Source: an uncultured Synergistia bacterium (lineage in GTDB: Bacteria > Synergistota > Synergistia > CAYRKT01). From it: 58,766 nt of DNA. The notes beneath the pieces are model-generated. The model was not told where the DNA came from, searched no databases, and was given only the letters and a program-made list of their open reading frames with translations. Of the stretch, positions 19,512 through 28,933 are shown piece after piece (position 1 is the first letter of the stretch; each line of letters starts with the position of its first letter). The stretch is from positions 1 through 58,766 of the forward strand of contig CAYRKT010000002.1 of assembly GCA_964425005.1 (NCBI GenBank), read 5' to 3'. The translations under genes and the position numbers were made by a program.

Positions 19512-21285
19512 TAGCCTCGCCCCCCACCGAGATGAGCGTGTCCATCTCCCTCTCGATGTCCTCGAGCAGCTGATCTATCTTGGAGAGCTCGCCCTCGGGT
19601 ATGTAGCGCATCCTCGCTATCCTCTCCCTTATGGGGTGCTCCTCTATCGCCTTGAAGGGCACCCCAGCGTCCAGCGCCTTCATGGCCAGGTGGTGGAAGG
19701 TGAGGATGACCTTGAGCATCTTGTACTGCTTGTCCATGGAGGCGTAGGTGTCCACCTCGTGGAACGCGTTCTGGTGCAGGAAGTCCTCCCTGATGGACCG
19801 GGCCGTCTCGAGGAGCATCCTGTCCTTCTTGGACAGCGCGTCTATGCCCACGAGCCTCACTATCTCCTTGAGCTTGTCCTCCTCCTCAAGGATGGACATG
19901 GCCTCGGTCCTGTTCCTGCTCCAGCCCTCGAACTTCCTGTCCCAGTAGGCGCCCACCTCCTCGGCGTAGAGGGAGTAGCTCAAAAGCCAGTTTATGGCCG
20001 GGAAGTGGCGCTGGTAGGCCAGGTTGGCGTCGAGCCCCCAGAAGACCTTGGTGACCCGCAGGGTGTTCTGGGAAACCGGCTCGGAGAGGTCTCCGCCCGG
20101 GGGAGAGACCGCCCCGATGACGCTGACGGAAGCCTCCCTCCCGTCGCTCCCGAGGCATATGACCCTACCGGCCCTCTCGTAGAAGGAGGCCAACCTCGTG
20201 CCCAGGTAGGCCGGGTAGCCCTCCTCGCCGGGCATCTCCTCGAGCCTTCCAGATATCTCCCTCAAGGCCTCGGCCCACCTGGAGGTGGAGTCCGCCATCA
20301 AGGCGACCGAGTAGCCCATGTCCCTGAAGTACTCTGCTATGGTTATGCCCGTGTATATGCTCGCCTCCCTGGCGGCCACCGGCATGTTGGAGGTGTTGGC
20401 TATCAGCACCGTCCTCTTCATCAGGGGCTCGCCGGTGGTGGGGTCCTTGAGCTCGGGGAACTCCAGGAGCACGTCGGTCATCTCGTTGCCCCGCTCACCG
20501 CATCCGATGTAAACTATTATTCTGGCGTCGGTCCACTTGGCCAGCTGGTGCTGTATGACGGTCTTGCCGCTGCCGAAGGGCCCGGGCACGCAGGCCGTCC
20601 CGCCCTTGACCAGGGGGAAGAAGGTGTCCACCACCCTCTGGCCGGTGGTGTGGGGCGCCTCGGGGCGAAGCCTCCTGGCCACAGGCCTCTGAAGCCTGAC
20701 CGGCCAGCGCTGGAGCATCCTTATCTCCACCTCGCCCTCCCCGGTGTCCACCACGGCCACCACGTCCTCGACGGTGAACTCCCCCTTCCTCACGTCCACC
20801 ACCGTACCGCTCACGCCGGGGGGCACCAGGATGTAGTGGTCCACCAACACCGTCTCCTTGACCACCCCTACCCTGTCCCCGGAGACCACCTTCTGCCCCA
20901 CCTTAACCAGGGGCTCGAAGAACCACTTGGCCTTCCTGTCCAGAGCGGGCACCGAAACCCCCCTGGCTATGAAGGGAGACCCGGTGACCTCCTCGATCAG
21001 GTTCAGGGGCCTCTGGATGCCGTCGTATATCTGACCCACCAGGCCAGGCCCCAGCTCCACGCTGAGGGGCTCGCCCGTGGAGACCACGGGCTCCTTCGGC
21101 CTCAGGCCTGAGGTCTCCTCGTAGACCTGGATGTAGGCCTGATCCCCTCTGAGCTCTATTATCTCGCCCACCAGGCCCATCTCGCCGACCTTCACCACGT
21201 CGTACATCTTGGCTCCCGTCATTCCCGAGGCCACCACGAGGGGCCCTGATATCTTGGATATGAAGCCCGCCACCTTTCCCTCCAT
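19501..21285 (-). CDS. ntpA: V/A-type ATP synthase subunit A (catalytic)
   Basis: P-loop [27 protein letters not shown]; no intein. Confidence 0.98.
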   Translation of the reverse strand: MEGKVAGFISKISGPLVVASGMTGAKMYDVVKVGEMGLVGEIIELRGDQAYIQVYEETSGLRPKEPVVSTGEPLSVELGPGLVGQIYDGIQRPLNLIEEVTGSPFIARGVSVPALDRKAKWFFEPLVKVGQKVVSGDRVGVVKETVLVDHYILVPPGVSGTVVDVRKGEFTVEDVVAVVDTGEGEVEIRMLQRWPVRLQRPVARRLRPEAPHTTGQRVVDTFFPLVKGGTACVPGPFGSGKTVIQHQLAKWTDARIIVYIGCGERGNEMTDVLLEFPELKDPTTGEPLMKRTVLIANTSNMPVAAREASIYTGITIAEYFRDMGYSVALMADSTSRWAEALREISGRLEEMPGEEGYPAYLGTRLASFYERAGRVICLGSDGREASVSVIGAVSPPGGDLSEPVSQNTLRVTKVFWGLDANLAYQRHFPAINWLLSYSLYAEEVGAYWDRKFEGWSRNRTEAMSILEEEDKLKEIVRLVGIDALSKKDRMLLETARSIREDFLHQNAFHEVDTYASMDKQYKMLKVILTFHHLAMKALDAGVPFKAIEEHPIRERIARMRYIPEGELSKIDQLLEDIEREMDTLISVGGEANVA

Positions 21286-21309
21286 CCGACAACACCGCCT
21301 CCCAAGGCC

Positions 21310-21651
21310 TCACCTGTTGACCCTGAATATGTTTATGCCAACGGCCTCCTCGACGCTGCGCTCTATGGACCTGAGGCCGATGCCGGCAGAACCCCTTATG
21401 CCGGGCAGAGGGACCACACAGGCCCTCTCGGTCCTGTTCACCTCCTCGGCCTCCTCGGCCACCCTCTCGAAGATCCGCTCGGCCAGGAAGATCACGTCGT
21501 AACCCTCTTTCAACAGCCTCCGAAGCACCGACAGGACCTCGTCCCTCGTGGCCGAATCCTCCAGGAGGTCGACCACGTCGACCCCCACGCCCTTGAAGGG
21601 CAACACCGACTCGTACCCGCCGACGGCCACGAACTTCAGCTCCCTACTCAA
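21310..21651 (-). CDS. ntpF: V/A-type ATP synthase subunit F
   Basis: 113 aa; VGGYESVLPFKGVG...IERSVEEAVGINI; between C and A. Confidence 0.88.
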   Translation of the reverse strand: MSRELKFVAVGGYESVLPFKGVGVDVVDLLEDSATRDEVLSVLRRLLKEGYDVIFLAERIFERVAEEAEEVNRTERACVVPLPGIRGSAGIGLRSIERSVEEAVGINIFRVNR

Positions 21652-22645
21652 GGTACCTTAACCTCCTCCTGATCTCCTCGGGGGAGACGCCGTTCCTCTT
21701 GCCCACCATTATGGCCCTGAGGTTGTAGATCTCGATCCGCTTCCAGTGGAGGTAGGCCACCAGAGGACCTCCGCCGAAAGCCGAAAATCGAGCCCTCGAC
21801 AGGAAGGAGAGCATGTGCCTGTCCAGGGCCAGCTCCAAAGCCCCTAGATCGCCCCCCAGGCCGCATATCTCCTCCACCAGAGCGGAGAGGGGCGTGTGAA
21901 AGAAGGCCTTAGGCCACGCGGGGACCTGCTCGGGGAAGACGCCGGTGAAGAGGTGGGTCGGCAATGCTCCCACCCTCACCAGCCGCTGGCTCAAAGAGCC
22001 CACGTCCGCCCCAGCGACCTTCAACCTGAAGGCGGTCCTCAGGTTCTCGAGGTCCGCCCTGAGCCTCACGTAGCCAACCGCGAAGGGCTCGCCAGAGGCG
22101 AAGGCCAGGGAGGACATGTACTCGAACATAGCCCCGTCCAGGAAGGCCTCCATATGGGGCACGGAGTCGACGCTCCACTCCAGATGCCCCTCCAGCGAGG
22201 AGGCCATGGCGGGGGGAAGATCCCTCAGAGAACCGGACTCGACGGCGTACAACAGCGCCTCAGGGCTCACCGTGCCCCCCGGCAGCATCCTCCTGAGCAG
22301 ATCGCTCCTGTTCACCCCCTCCCCTCCAGCCAACCTCCCCTTGAGGAGGACCCGGAGGTTGTGGAAGTCCAGCTCCGCCCTGAAGAGGTCCGTCAAAGCC
22401 CTGTTGGGAGATATGGAGCCGAACTCATCGAGGGTCCAAAGCCACTCCCTGTGCAGGACCCCCTCGGAGTCCGATCCCAGCTCGGGGAACCACCTGCCGT
22501 AAGGGGTCTCCCCCATCAACGACATCATCTCCTCGAAGGAGCCGGCTTCGGCCAGACGGAAGAGGGAGGCCCTGTCCAGGAGCTTCACCTCCGCGGCCCT
22601 CAGCCTTCCGTTGAGATACCCATAGTCCAGCTCGCCCACTGCCAA
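21644..22645 (-). CDS. ntpC: V/A-type ATP synthase subunit C
   Basis: YGYLNGRLR, DFHNLRVLLK, DLENLR, EIYNLR repeats. Confidence 0.9.
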   Translation of the reverse strand: MAVGELDYGYLNGRLRAAEVKLLDRASLFRLAEAGSFEEMMSLMGETPYGRWFPELGSDSEGVLHREWLWTLDEFGSISPNRALTDLFRAELDFHNLRVLLKGRLAGGEGVNRSDLLRRMLPGGTVSPEALLYAVESGSLRDLPPAMASSLEGHLEWSVDSVPHMEAFLDGAMFEYMSSLAFASGEPFAVGYVRLRADLENLRTAFRLKVAGADVGSLSQRLVRVGALPTHLFTGVFPEQVPAWPKAFFHTPLSALVEEICGLGGDLGALELALDRHMLSFLSRARFSAFGGGPLVAYLHWKRIEIYNLRAIMVGKRNGVSPEEIRRRLRYLE

Positions 22646-22659
22646 GGCCTCACCCCCTC

Positions 22660-23241
22660 TCAGGAGAAGAGCTTGGCGGCCACCTTAGGCTCCAGCTCCT
22701 CCCTGAGCGAGTCGAAGAGCCTCTCGACGGAGCAGTCGTAGGAGATCTGGCCGCAATCAACCCTGAACCCCCCGGAGAAGTTGCCGCGCGACGGAGAGAG
22801 GACGAAGGAGGTGCCGTTCCTCCTGTTGAAGCCCTCGACGAAGGAGGCGTCCAAGCGCCGCTCCTCCTTGGCCAGGGTGATGACCCCGGATTTGGCCTCC
22901 GAGGCCACCTTAGATAGGAGCGACTCCACCAGGGAGAGGTATTCCTTCTCCCCCATGGACACGACCATCCTGGCCGCCATCTCGAAGACCTCGTCCAAGA
23001 GCCCCCTCTGGGCTGCCAGGAGCTCCTTCTTGGCCTCCAAGGAGGCTACGATCTTGCCCCTCCGATGGAACTCCTCCGACTCCCTCCTGGCCCTCTCCGC
23101 GTAGCGCTCCCTGAGCGAGGAGGCCTCCTGCTCGGCCTCCCCCACTATCCTGGAGGCCTCGGCGTTAGCCCGCTCCAGGAGCTCGTTGACCTTGTCCTTC
23201 GCCTCGCTCAATATCTTCTGCTTTATCTTCTCAACAGCCAT
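22660..23241 (-). CDS. ntpE: V/A-type ATP synthase subunit E
   Basis: N-terminal coiled coil, GGFRV, DCSVE; operon position. Confidence 0.9.
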   Translation of the reverse strand: MAVEKIKQKILSEAKDKVNELLERANAEASRIVGEAEQEASSLRERYAERARRESEEFHRRGKIVASLEAKKELLAAQRGLLDEVFEMAARMVVSMGEKEYLSLVESLLSKVASEAKSGVITLAKEERRLDASFVEGFNRRNGTSFVLSPSRGNFSGGFRVDCGQISYDCSVERLFDSLREELEPKVAAKLFS

Positions 23242-23269
23242 CGAAGCTCCCCCCGATAAGGACGAGTCC

Positions 23270-23743
23270 TCAGAGGGAGATGCTGTTGAGCAGGATTATG
23301 GTTATGAGCAGGCTCAAGACGGCGTAGGTCTCCACCATCGCCGGGATGACGACGGCCTTACCGGTCTCCTCGGGCCGCTTGGCTATCATCTGGATGCAGG
23401 CCGCGGAGGCCCTGCCCTGAAATATGGCCGAAAGGAGGCCCACCAGGCCGACGGGCAGGCAGGCGAAGAATATGGCCAACCCCTGGAAGAGCGAGACCTG
23501 AGCCGGGGTTCCGCCGAGAAGGCCCAACTTCAGCATGACGAAGAAGGCGGCGAGAAGACCGTATATCCCCTGCGTCCCCGGCAGAACCTGGAGCAGCAGG
23601 ACCAAGCCGAACTTGTTGGGGTCCTCCGTGAGGACTCCAGCGCCCACCTCGCCGGCTATGCCCACGCCCCTGGCAGAACCTATGCCGGCCGCCAGAGCAG
23701 CCACCACAGCACCGCCTATAGCCACCAACATCCCGAGTTCCAT
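23270..23743 (-). CDS. ntpK: V/A-type ATP synthase subunit K (4-TM proteolipid, Na+-binding signature)
   Basis: GIGSARGVG, LPGTQGIYG, SAIFQG, MVETYA. Confidence 0.95.
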   Translation of the reverse strand: MELGMLVAIGGAVVAALAAGIGSARGVGIAGEVGAGVLTEDPNKFGLVLLLQVLPGTQGIYGLLAAFFVMLKLGLLGGTPAQVSLFQGLAIFFACLPVGLVGLLSAIFQGRASAACIQMIAKRPEETGKAVVIPAMVETYAVLSLLITIILLNSISL

Positions 23744-23782
23744 CCGCGCATCCCTCCTACGGCAAAACGATATAGACTGGGT

Positions 23783-25747
23783 TTAAACGCGAAACCTCAC
23801 GTACCTTCCGGCCAGAGCGAACGGCTTGAAGGGCTTGCCGCCGCCTTCGTAGAACTTGCTGAAGAACTCCACGTACTGCAGACGGGTGGTGTGGACGAAG
23901 GAGCCCAGCAGGTTGACCGCCAGGTTGAAAACGTGACCACCCACCAGCAGAAGCGCCGCCACCGCGAAGCCCACCACTGGGATCCCCCACGTGAGCGACA
24001 CCAACATGTTGACTATCATGGCCACCGCGGAGGTGGTCATGCCGAGGGCCAAGAGCCTGCTGTAGGAGAGCACGTCCCCCAGGAAACCCGTTATGTTGTA
24101 AAGCGACAAAACCCCTATGGCCAACCTCTTTACGGGGTTTCTGTGCCCTCTACCGGCAGAAAAGACTATCACCAATGCCCCCAGGGCCGCCAGGGCTTTG
24201 CCCATCGAGCCGAAGGAGCCACCCAAGACTCCGACCTCGTGCAAACCGAAGCACAGAAGGCCCACCACGAAGAGGAACCAGGAGAGGTGGTCGTAGACCC
24301 CCTCGAGCCACATCCCCCTGGAGGCCTTGCTGTAGAAGCCCACCAGGACCCCCACCAGGACGTGGACAACCCCTATGGCCAGGGCCAGCACGAGCAACTG
24401 TATGGTGTCCTTGAGCGGGTCGAAGAGGGCTATCGAGTTCTTGAGCGGGACGAACCACGAGAGGAAGGGCAAAACCTCGGCCAGGTTGCCCATCCAGCTG
24501 CCGAACAGAGCCCCCATCACTACGGTGGCGCCGCCGGAAAGGGCAAACATGGAGAGGAACCTCCCCTTATCGCCCCCCAGGTCGTACCTCAAGACCAGAT
24601 AGCCCAGGATCAAGGCTATAAGCCCGCCGTAGACCGCGTCGCTGTAGCAGAAGCCGAAGATGAAGGGGAAGAAAAGGGACAGCAGAGGAGAAGGGTCGAA
24701 GGTGCCGTACCTGGGCAAGCCGTAGAGCTTGACCAGGATCTCGTAGGGCCTGGCCCACCTGCCGTTCTCCAGGTGGACCGGTATATCTTCGCCCTCCTCG
24801 GGCTCGACCTCCAGTATCTCCAGGGAGTCGCGATACAACCTGCCCAGCTCCGATCTCAGAATGGGCAGATCCCTGGCCAGGACCCAGCCCTCGAGGAAGG
24901 CCACGTGGTCGGTGGAGCGGATGGAGCTCCTCACAGACGACTGCTCGACCAAGGAGGAGTAATAGTCGTAGGCCTCCTCCACCAGATCCCTCAGGGATAG
25001 AGCCGCCTCCTTTATCCTCTCCTCCAGCGCCCCCTTCCTCTGGCACAGCTCCGAGATCTCCCTCTCCACCTGGGACAGGGCCTCTCGAGGAAGACCCCTG
25101 CGCCTGACCTCCACGGATCCTACCTCCACGGAGCCCAAGATCTCCCTGACCTTCGCCTCCTCGGAGAGGTGGTAGACCAGGGCGAAGTAGACCGTGTCTC
25201 CGTCCCTGGAGGCCTCCAGAACCTGAGCGCACTCCAGGGCGGCTATCCTTCCGGACAAGGCGGAGAACACGGCTAAGTCGGAGCTCAAGAGCGAGGCCCT
25301 CGCGTGCCTGGTACCCGAGACCGCCAGGGAGAGGTCCATCTGGAGGGACGAGAAACGAAGTAGGACAGACCTCTCCGCTTCCAGGGACGACAGCTGAGAG
25401 GAGATGTGAGACAGCTCCCTCTCCATCTCCCTGAGCTCCGCTATCCTGTCGAAGAGCCCCTCCTCCTTTATCCTCCCGGCCACCTCCGGGAGCCCCACGA
25501 CCCTGGAAGGACCCGCAAGCCTCTCGGCCAGCGAGGATCTCCTGGGGGCGAACCTGTCTAAGACCTCCAGGGCGAACTTCACCTCCGACAGGGCCGACTC
25601 CAACTCCTTCGCCCTCCGTTCGGAGAGCGCCTCCCCGGAGTGGAGCTTGACCTCCATCACCCCTAAGGATTGAAGGTCTCCGATCAGGGACTCCTCGACG
25701 CTCCTGTGGAACACCAAGAGCAGCTTCCTAACCTCTGCCACCGCCAT
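23783..25747 (-). CDS. ntpI: V/A-type ATP synthase subunit I
   Basis: 654 aa; YGLPRYGTFDP, GFCYSDAVYG, DVLSYSRLLALG, HTTRLQYVEFF. Confidence 0.96.
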   Translation of the reverse strand: MAVAEVRKLLLVFHRSVEESLIGDLQSLGVMEVKLHSGEALSERRAKELESALSEVKFALEVLDRFAPRRSSLAERLAGPSRVVGLPEVAGRIKEEGLFDRIAELREMERELSHISSQLSSLEAERSVLLRFSSLQMDLSLAVSGTRHARASLLSSDLAVFSALSGRIAALECAQVLEASRDGDTVYFALVYHLSEEAKVREILGSVEVGSVEVRRRGLPREALSQVEREISELCQRKGALEERIKEAALSLRDLVEEAYDYYSSLVEQSSVRSSIRSTDHVAFLEGWVLARDLPILRSELGRLYRDSLEILEVEPEEGEDIPVHLENGRWARPYEILVKLYGLPRYGTFDPSPLLSLFFPFIFGFCYSDAVYGGLIALILGYLVLRYDLGGDKGRFLSMFALSGGATVVMGALFGSWMGNLAEVLPFLSWFVPLKNSIALFDPLKDTIQLLVLALAIGVVHVLVGVLVGFYSKASRGMWLEGVYDHLSWFLFVVGLLCFGLHEVGVLGGSFGSMGKALAALGALVIVFSAGRGHRNPVKRLAIGVLSLYNITGFLGDVLSYSRLLALGMTTSAVAMIVNMLVSLTWGIPVVGFAVAALLLVGGHVFNLAVNLLGSFVHTTRLQYVEFFSKFYEGGGKPFKPFALAGRYVRFRV

Positions 25748-26063
25748 ACCTGGAGACCACCTCCGAGGCGAGCCACCTGGCCACGGCCTCCATCCTGGAC
25801 CTGGCCCTCTCGATCAAGACCTCCCTCTCCTTCCTGGCCTCCTCCAGCATCCTCTCGGCCTCCTTGGCCGCGCTCTCCTCCGCTCTCCTCAGGGCCTCGG
25901 CGAGCTTCGCCGACTCTTCCCTCTCCACCGCCTCCAGGAGCTTCGAGGCCTTGACCCGCGACTCCACCACTATCCTGCTGGCCTTCTCCTTGGCCTCCTC
26001 CAGCATTCGCCTGGCCTCCTCCTCGGCGGCCTGGATCTCAGCCATCACGTCAGCGGAGACCAA
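25728..26063 (-). CDS. V/A-type ATP synthase subunit H/G (peripheral stalk)
   Basis: A/E/K/R-rich coiled coil, first gene of the operon; TTG 26063 follows SD AAGGAGGTG. Confidence 0.8.
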   Translation of the reverse strand: MVSADVMAEIQAAEEEARRMLEEAKEKASRIVVESRVKASKLLEAVEREESAKLAEALRRAEESAAKEAERMLEEARKEREVLIERARSRMEAVARWLASEVVSRYGGGRG

Positions 26064-26101
26064 CCTTTCGCACCTCCTTTCACAAACAAAAGACACGGAG
26101 T

Positions 26102-26130
26102 ATTATAAATTCCCCTGACCTCAGCTTCAA
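26102..26130 (-). promoter_or_regulatory. sigma70-type promoter of the ATPase operon
   Basis: TTGAAG(26130-26125)-17 bp-TATAAT(26107-26102). Confidence 0.8.
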
Positions 26131-26153
26131 CCGAGGACGTCCCAAACGACCTC

Positions 26154-26172
26154 AAAACAACGAGACTCGTTG
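26154..26172 (-). terminator. Possible weak terminator after queA (or an operator)
   Basis: CAACGAG-A-CTCGTTG inverted repeat (26158-26172) followed by TTTT on the minus strand. Confidence 0.35.
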
Positions 26173-26186
26173 ACTAAATTATTTCG

Positions 26187-27203
26187 CTAAACGAGGATCA
26201 TGGCGTCCCCAAAGCTGAGGAAGCGATATCGACAGGAGATGGCCTCCGCGTAGGCCCGCATCACCAGCTCGTAGCCGCCGAAGGCGCAGACCAGCATCAG
26301 AAGGGTCGAGCGGGGCATGTGGAAGTTGGTTATCATGGCGTCCACCACCTTGAACTCGAACCCAGGGTAGATGAAGAGATCCGTCTCCCTCCACCTCTCC
26401 TCGAAGCCAAAGAGGCCGCAGTGCTCCAGGACCCTGACCACGGTGGTACCTACCGCCACCACCCTTCCGCCCTTCGCCTTGACCCCCTCGATGGCTGAGG
26501 CGGTCTCCCCGGGGACGAAGAACCTCTCCCGGTGCATCCTGTGAACCCTTATGTCGGGGGACTCCACCGGCCTGAATGTCCCCGGCCCCACATGGAGGGT
26601 CACGCAACGCACCAGCACGCCCCTCGCCTTGAGCTTATCTAGGAGCTCCTCCGTGAAGTGCAGGCCGGCGGTGGGAGCGGCCACCGAGCCCAACGCGCGA
26701 CCGTACACGGTCTGATACCTGTCAGGCGGTCCCCCGTAATCCTTTATGTAGGGGGGGAGCGGGACCTCCCCTCTCTCCTCTAACAGGGAGAGCACGTCCT
26801 CGCGGGGGAAGCGCACGACCCTCAGCCCGTCAGGCAGCACCTCCTGGACCTCGATCTCGACCTCGTCCAGGTACAGCCTTTCCCCCTTCCTGGCCCTCCT
26901 CCCGGGCCTCACCATCGCCGACCAGAGGCCTGGTCCCACCTCTTCCACCAACAGGACCTCCACCGCTCCTCCGGAGATCCTCCTGGCCCTGAGCCTGGCG
27001 GGGATCACCCTCGAGTCGTTGAGCACCAGGAGATCCCCATCCCGCAGGACCTCGGGAAGGTCGGCGAAGGCCCTGTGGGATATGGACCTCGAAGCCCTGT
27101 CCACCACCATCAGCCTGGAGGCATCCCTCTGGGGCAAAGGGGTCTGGGCCACCAGCTCCGGAGGCAAGGAGTAGTCGTAAGCCTTCAGGTCGAAGAGGTC
27201 CAT
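26187..27203 (-). CDS. queA: S-adenosylmethionine:tRNA ribosyltransferase-isomerase
   Basis: YDYSLPPELVAQ, NDSRVIPAR, PLPPYI, YQTVY, AAPTAGLHF, GTTVVR, TNFHMP, SFGDAM. Confidence 0.97.
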   Translation of the reverse strand: MDLFDLKAYDYSLPPELVAQTPLPQRDASRLMVVDRASRSISHRAFADLPEVLRDGDLLVLNDSRVIPARLRARRISGGAVEVLLVEEVGPGLWSAMVRPGRRARKGERLYLDEVEIEVQEVLPDGLRVVRFPREDVLSLLEERGEVPLPPYIKDYGGPPDRYQTVYGRALGSVAAPTAGLHFTEELLDKLKARGVLVRCVTLHVGPGTFRPVESPDIRVHRMHRERFFVPGETASAIEGVKAKGGRVVAVGTTVVRVLEHCGLFGFEERWRETDLFIYPGFEFKVVDAMITNFHMPRSTLLMLVCAFGGYELVMRAYAEAISCRYRFLSFGDAMILV

Positions 27204-27224
27204 ACCCCCCTCCAAGGAGAGCCA

Positions 27225-28574
27225 TCACCTCTTGCCCACCACTGTGCCCGGGAAGTAAAAGCCCAGTATATCCCTGTAGCTTTTGCCCATCTCCGCCAGG
27301 GCCCTGGCGCCCCACTGGCTCATCCCCACCCCGTGCCCCCAGCCGCGCCCCTCGAAGACGAAGGAGCGCCCCCTCTGGGGCGTTTTCCGCTGCGCCCGCT
27401 CGCCCTTCGGCTCCTCGGGGGGAGCCAGATCCCCCTGCAATATGCCGTAGGCCTCGTAGAGCTTCTCCACTATCTCGTCGTAGGAGAGGCCCGCCTCCAT
27501 AAGCTCCCTCACGTTCACCCTGCCCCGAACGGGCCTGGACGAAGGAGGAGAGACCCCAGAAGGTGGCTCCCCGGACCCGGAGGGGGAGCCCACGCCTCTC
27601 ACCTCGAAGGCAGTGCTCTTCAAGACCGAGTAGCCCAGGATCTGCCTGAACCTGGAGGCGGGCATCTCCACCCTCCCCCTGGAGCCGGAGACGGCTACCC
27701 TCACTGCCCTGAAGCCCCACTCGTCTCTCTTGGTCACCTCCACCGAGTGGGGCAGGCCCACGTCGTACCCAGCGCCCGAGAGGGCTTCGCCCACCTCGGC
27801 GGCCGAGATCTCGAGCCTCCAGCTGCTGTGGGGCGAACGAACCCGGTGGTAGAATTCCTCCTTAACCCCTCTCAGATAGGGCACGTCCTCCCCCCAGATG
27901 GACTTCGCCGAGGAGGTATAGCCCCCGCTGTCGGAGTGGTAGAAGACCTTGGCCAAAGCCCCTCCGTAGGTCAGGACCTCGCCCCAGGTGGCCTCCACGG
28001 CCCTGTTGAGCCTCTCGTCCTCCGCAGAGGCCCCCCGATACTCCTGGCAGTGGACCGAGGCGCAGAGGTCGAAACCGTCCTTCCTGTGTCTTCCCAGGTT
28101 CGCCACGGCATAGGTCCTGGCCACCACCGCCTGGGCCTTCAAGACCTCCATCGGCCAGGAGGGGTTAACCTCCATCTTGAGAACCCCCTTGACGTAGTCC
28201 TCCAACGAGACCACGTTCACGAGGACCAGCCCCTTCTCGCCGGCTAACACCTCGAAGTGACCGCGGTAGCTCCTCCCACCGTAGACGATGAGCCCTCCCC
28301 TGGGGGGCATCACCTTGACCGAATCCCCCAAGACCCTACCCCTCACCGACACCCGACCGCCCGCCAGGGAGAGGGAGACCTCCCTCTCGGACAGCACAGC
28401 CCTGCCCTGGTGCAAAACGCTCAGCTTCCCGGAGCTGGCGCTAAGCTCCAGGGACGGGCGCACCGCGATGCCCACCCTGACCTCTCCGGGGGCAGCCTCG
28501 GAGGGCCCAGCCACGAGGAGCAGCGAACAAAGGACCATAGACGAAAGGAAAGAAAAGAGGCGCAACGGGCTCAC
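27225..28574 (-). CDS. SpoIID/LytB-family peptidoglycan lytic transglycosylase with N-terminal signal/TM
   Basis: LEDYVKGV..E, KAQAVVARTY, CQEY, FYHSDSGG, GWGHGVGMSQWGA; contains a Pro/Ser-rich insertion. Confidence 0.9.
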   Translation of the reverse strand: MSPLRLFSFLSSMVLCSLLLVAGPSEAAPGEVRVGIAVRPSLELSASSGKLSVLHQGRAVLSEREVSLSLAGGRVSVRGRVLGDSVKVMPPRGGLIVYGGRSYRGHFEVLAGEKGLVLVNVVSLEDYVKGVLKMEVNPSWPMEVLKAQAVVARTYAVANLGRHRKDGFDLCASVHCQEYRGASAEDERLNRAVEATWGEVLTYGGALAKVFYHSDSGGYTSSAKSIWGEDVPYLRGVKEEFYHRVRSPHSSWRLEISAAEVGEALSGAGYDVGLPHSVEVTKRDEWGFRAVRVAVSGSRGRVEMPASRFRQILGYSVLKSTAFEVRGVGSPSGSGEPPSGVSPPSSRPVRGRVNVRELMEAGLSYDEIVEKLYEAYGILQGDLAPPEEPKGERAQRKTPQRGRSFVFEGRGWGHGVGMSQWGARALAEMGKSYRDILGFYFPGTVVGKR

Positions 28575-28801
28575 CTCCTGAAGAGGAGGTTCAAGATCAG
28601 CGTCAAGACCAGGCTTAAGACCAGGCTCGTGGCTATGGGGAAGTAGAGAACGAACCCCCTCCTCTCCAGCACCACGTCGCCAGGCAGCCTGCCAAGTCCC
28701 AGGCCGCCAAGGCGCCCCAAGAGCATCAAGGCCAGGCCCACCACTAGCAGAAGAAGCCCTGCAAACGCCAGCAACCTGCCGAGACCCTGAAGATCCGACA
28801 T
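28571..28801 (-). CDS. DUF2905 family small membrane protein
   Basis: GRLPGD..FPIATSLVLS pattern; typical ruvB-DUF2905-spoIID-queA synteny. Confidence 0.85.
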   Translation of the reverse strand: MSDLQGLGRLLAFAGLLLLVVGLALMLLGRLGGLGLGRLPGDVVLERRGFVLYFPIATSLVLSLVLTLILNLLFRR

Positions 28802-28933
28802 CTCATCCCCTGACCCCCATAGGTCAGGCGTTCACCCCCTTCGAGCAGCACCAGATGGGATCTCCGAGCGCACGACCCGACTAACTCGCTCGCCCCACGG
28901 TCCCCAAACGCCCGGCCCCCGTCCCAAAGGGCT

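Noticed and set aside
28802-28933. 132-nt ruvB-DUF2905 gap with a small hairpin (CCTGACC...GGTCAGG), considered as 6S or SRP RNA
   Set aside because: Too short for 6S, no SRP domain IV motif, and no promoter; an Rfam scan would be needed to revive it.
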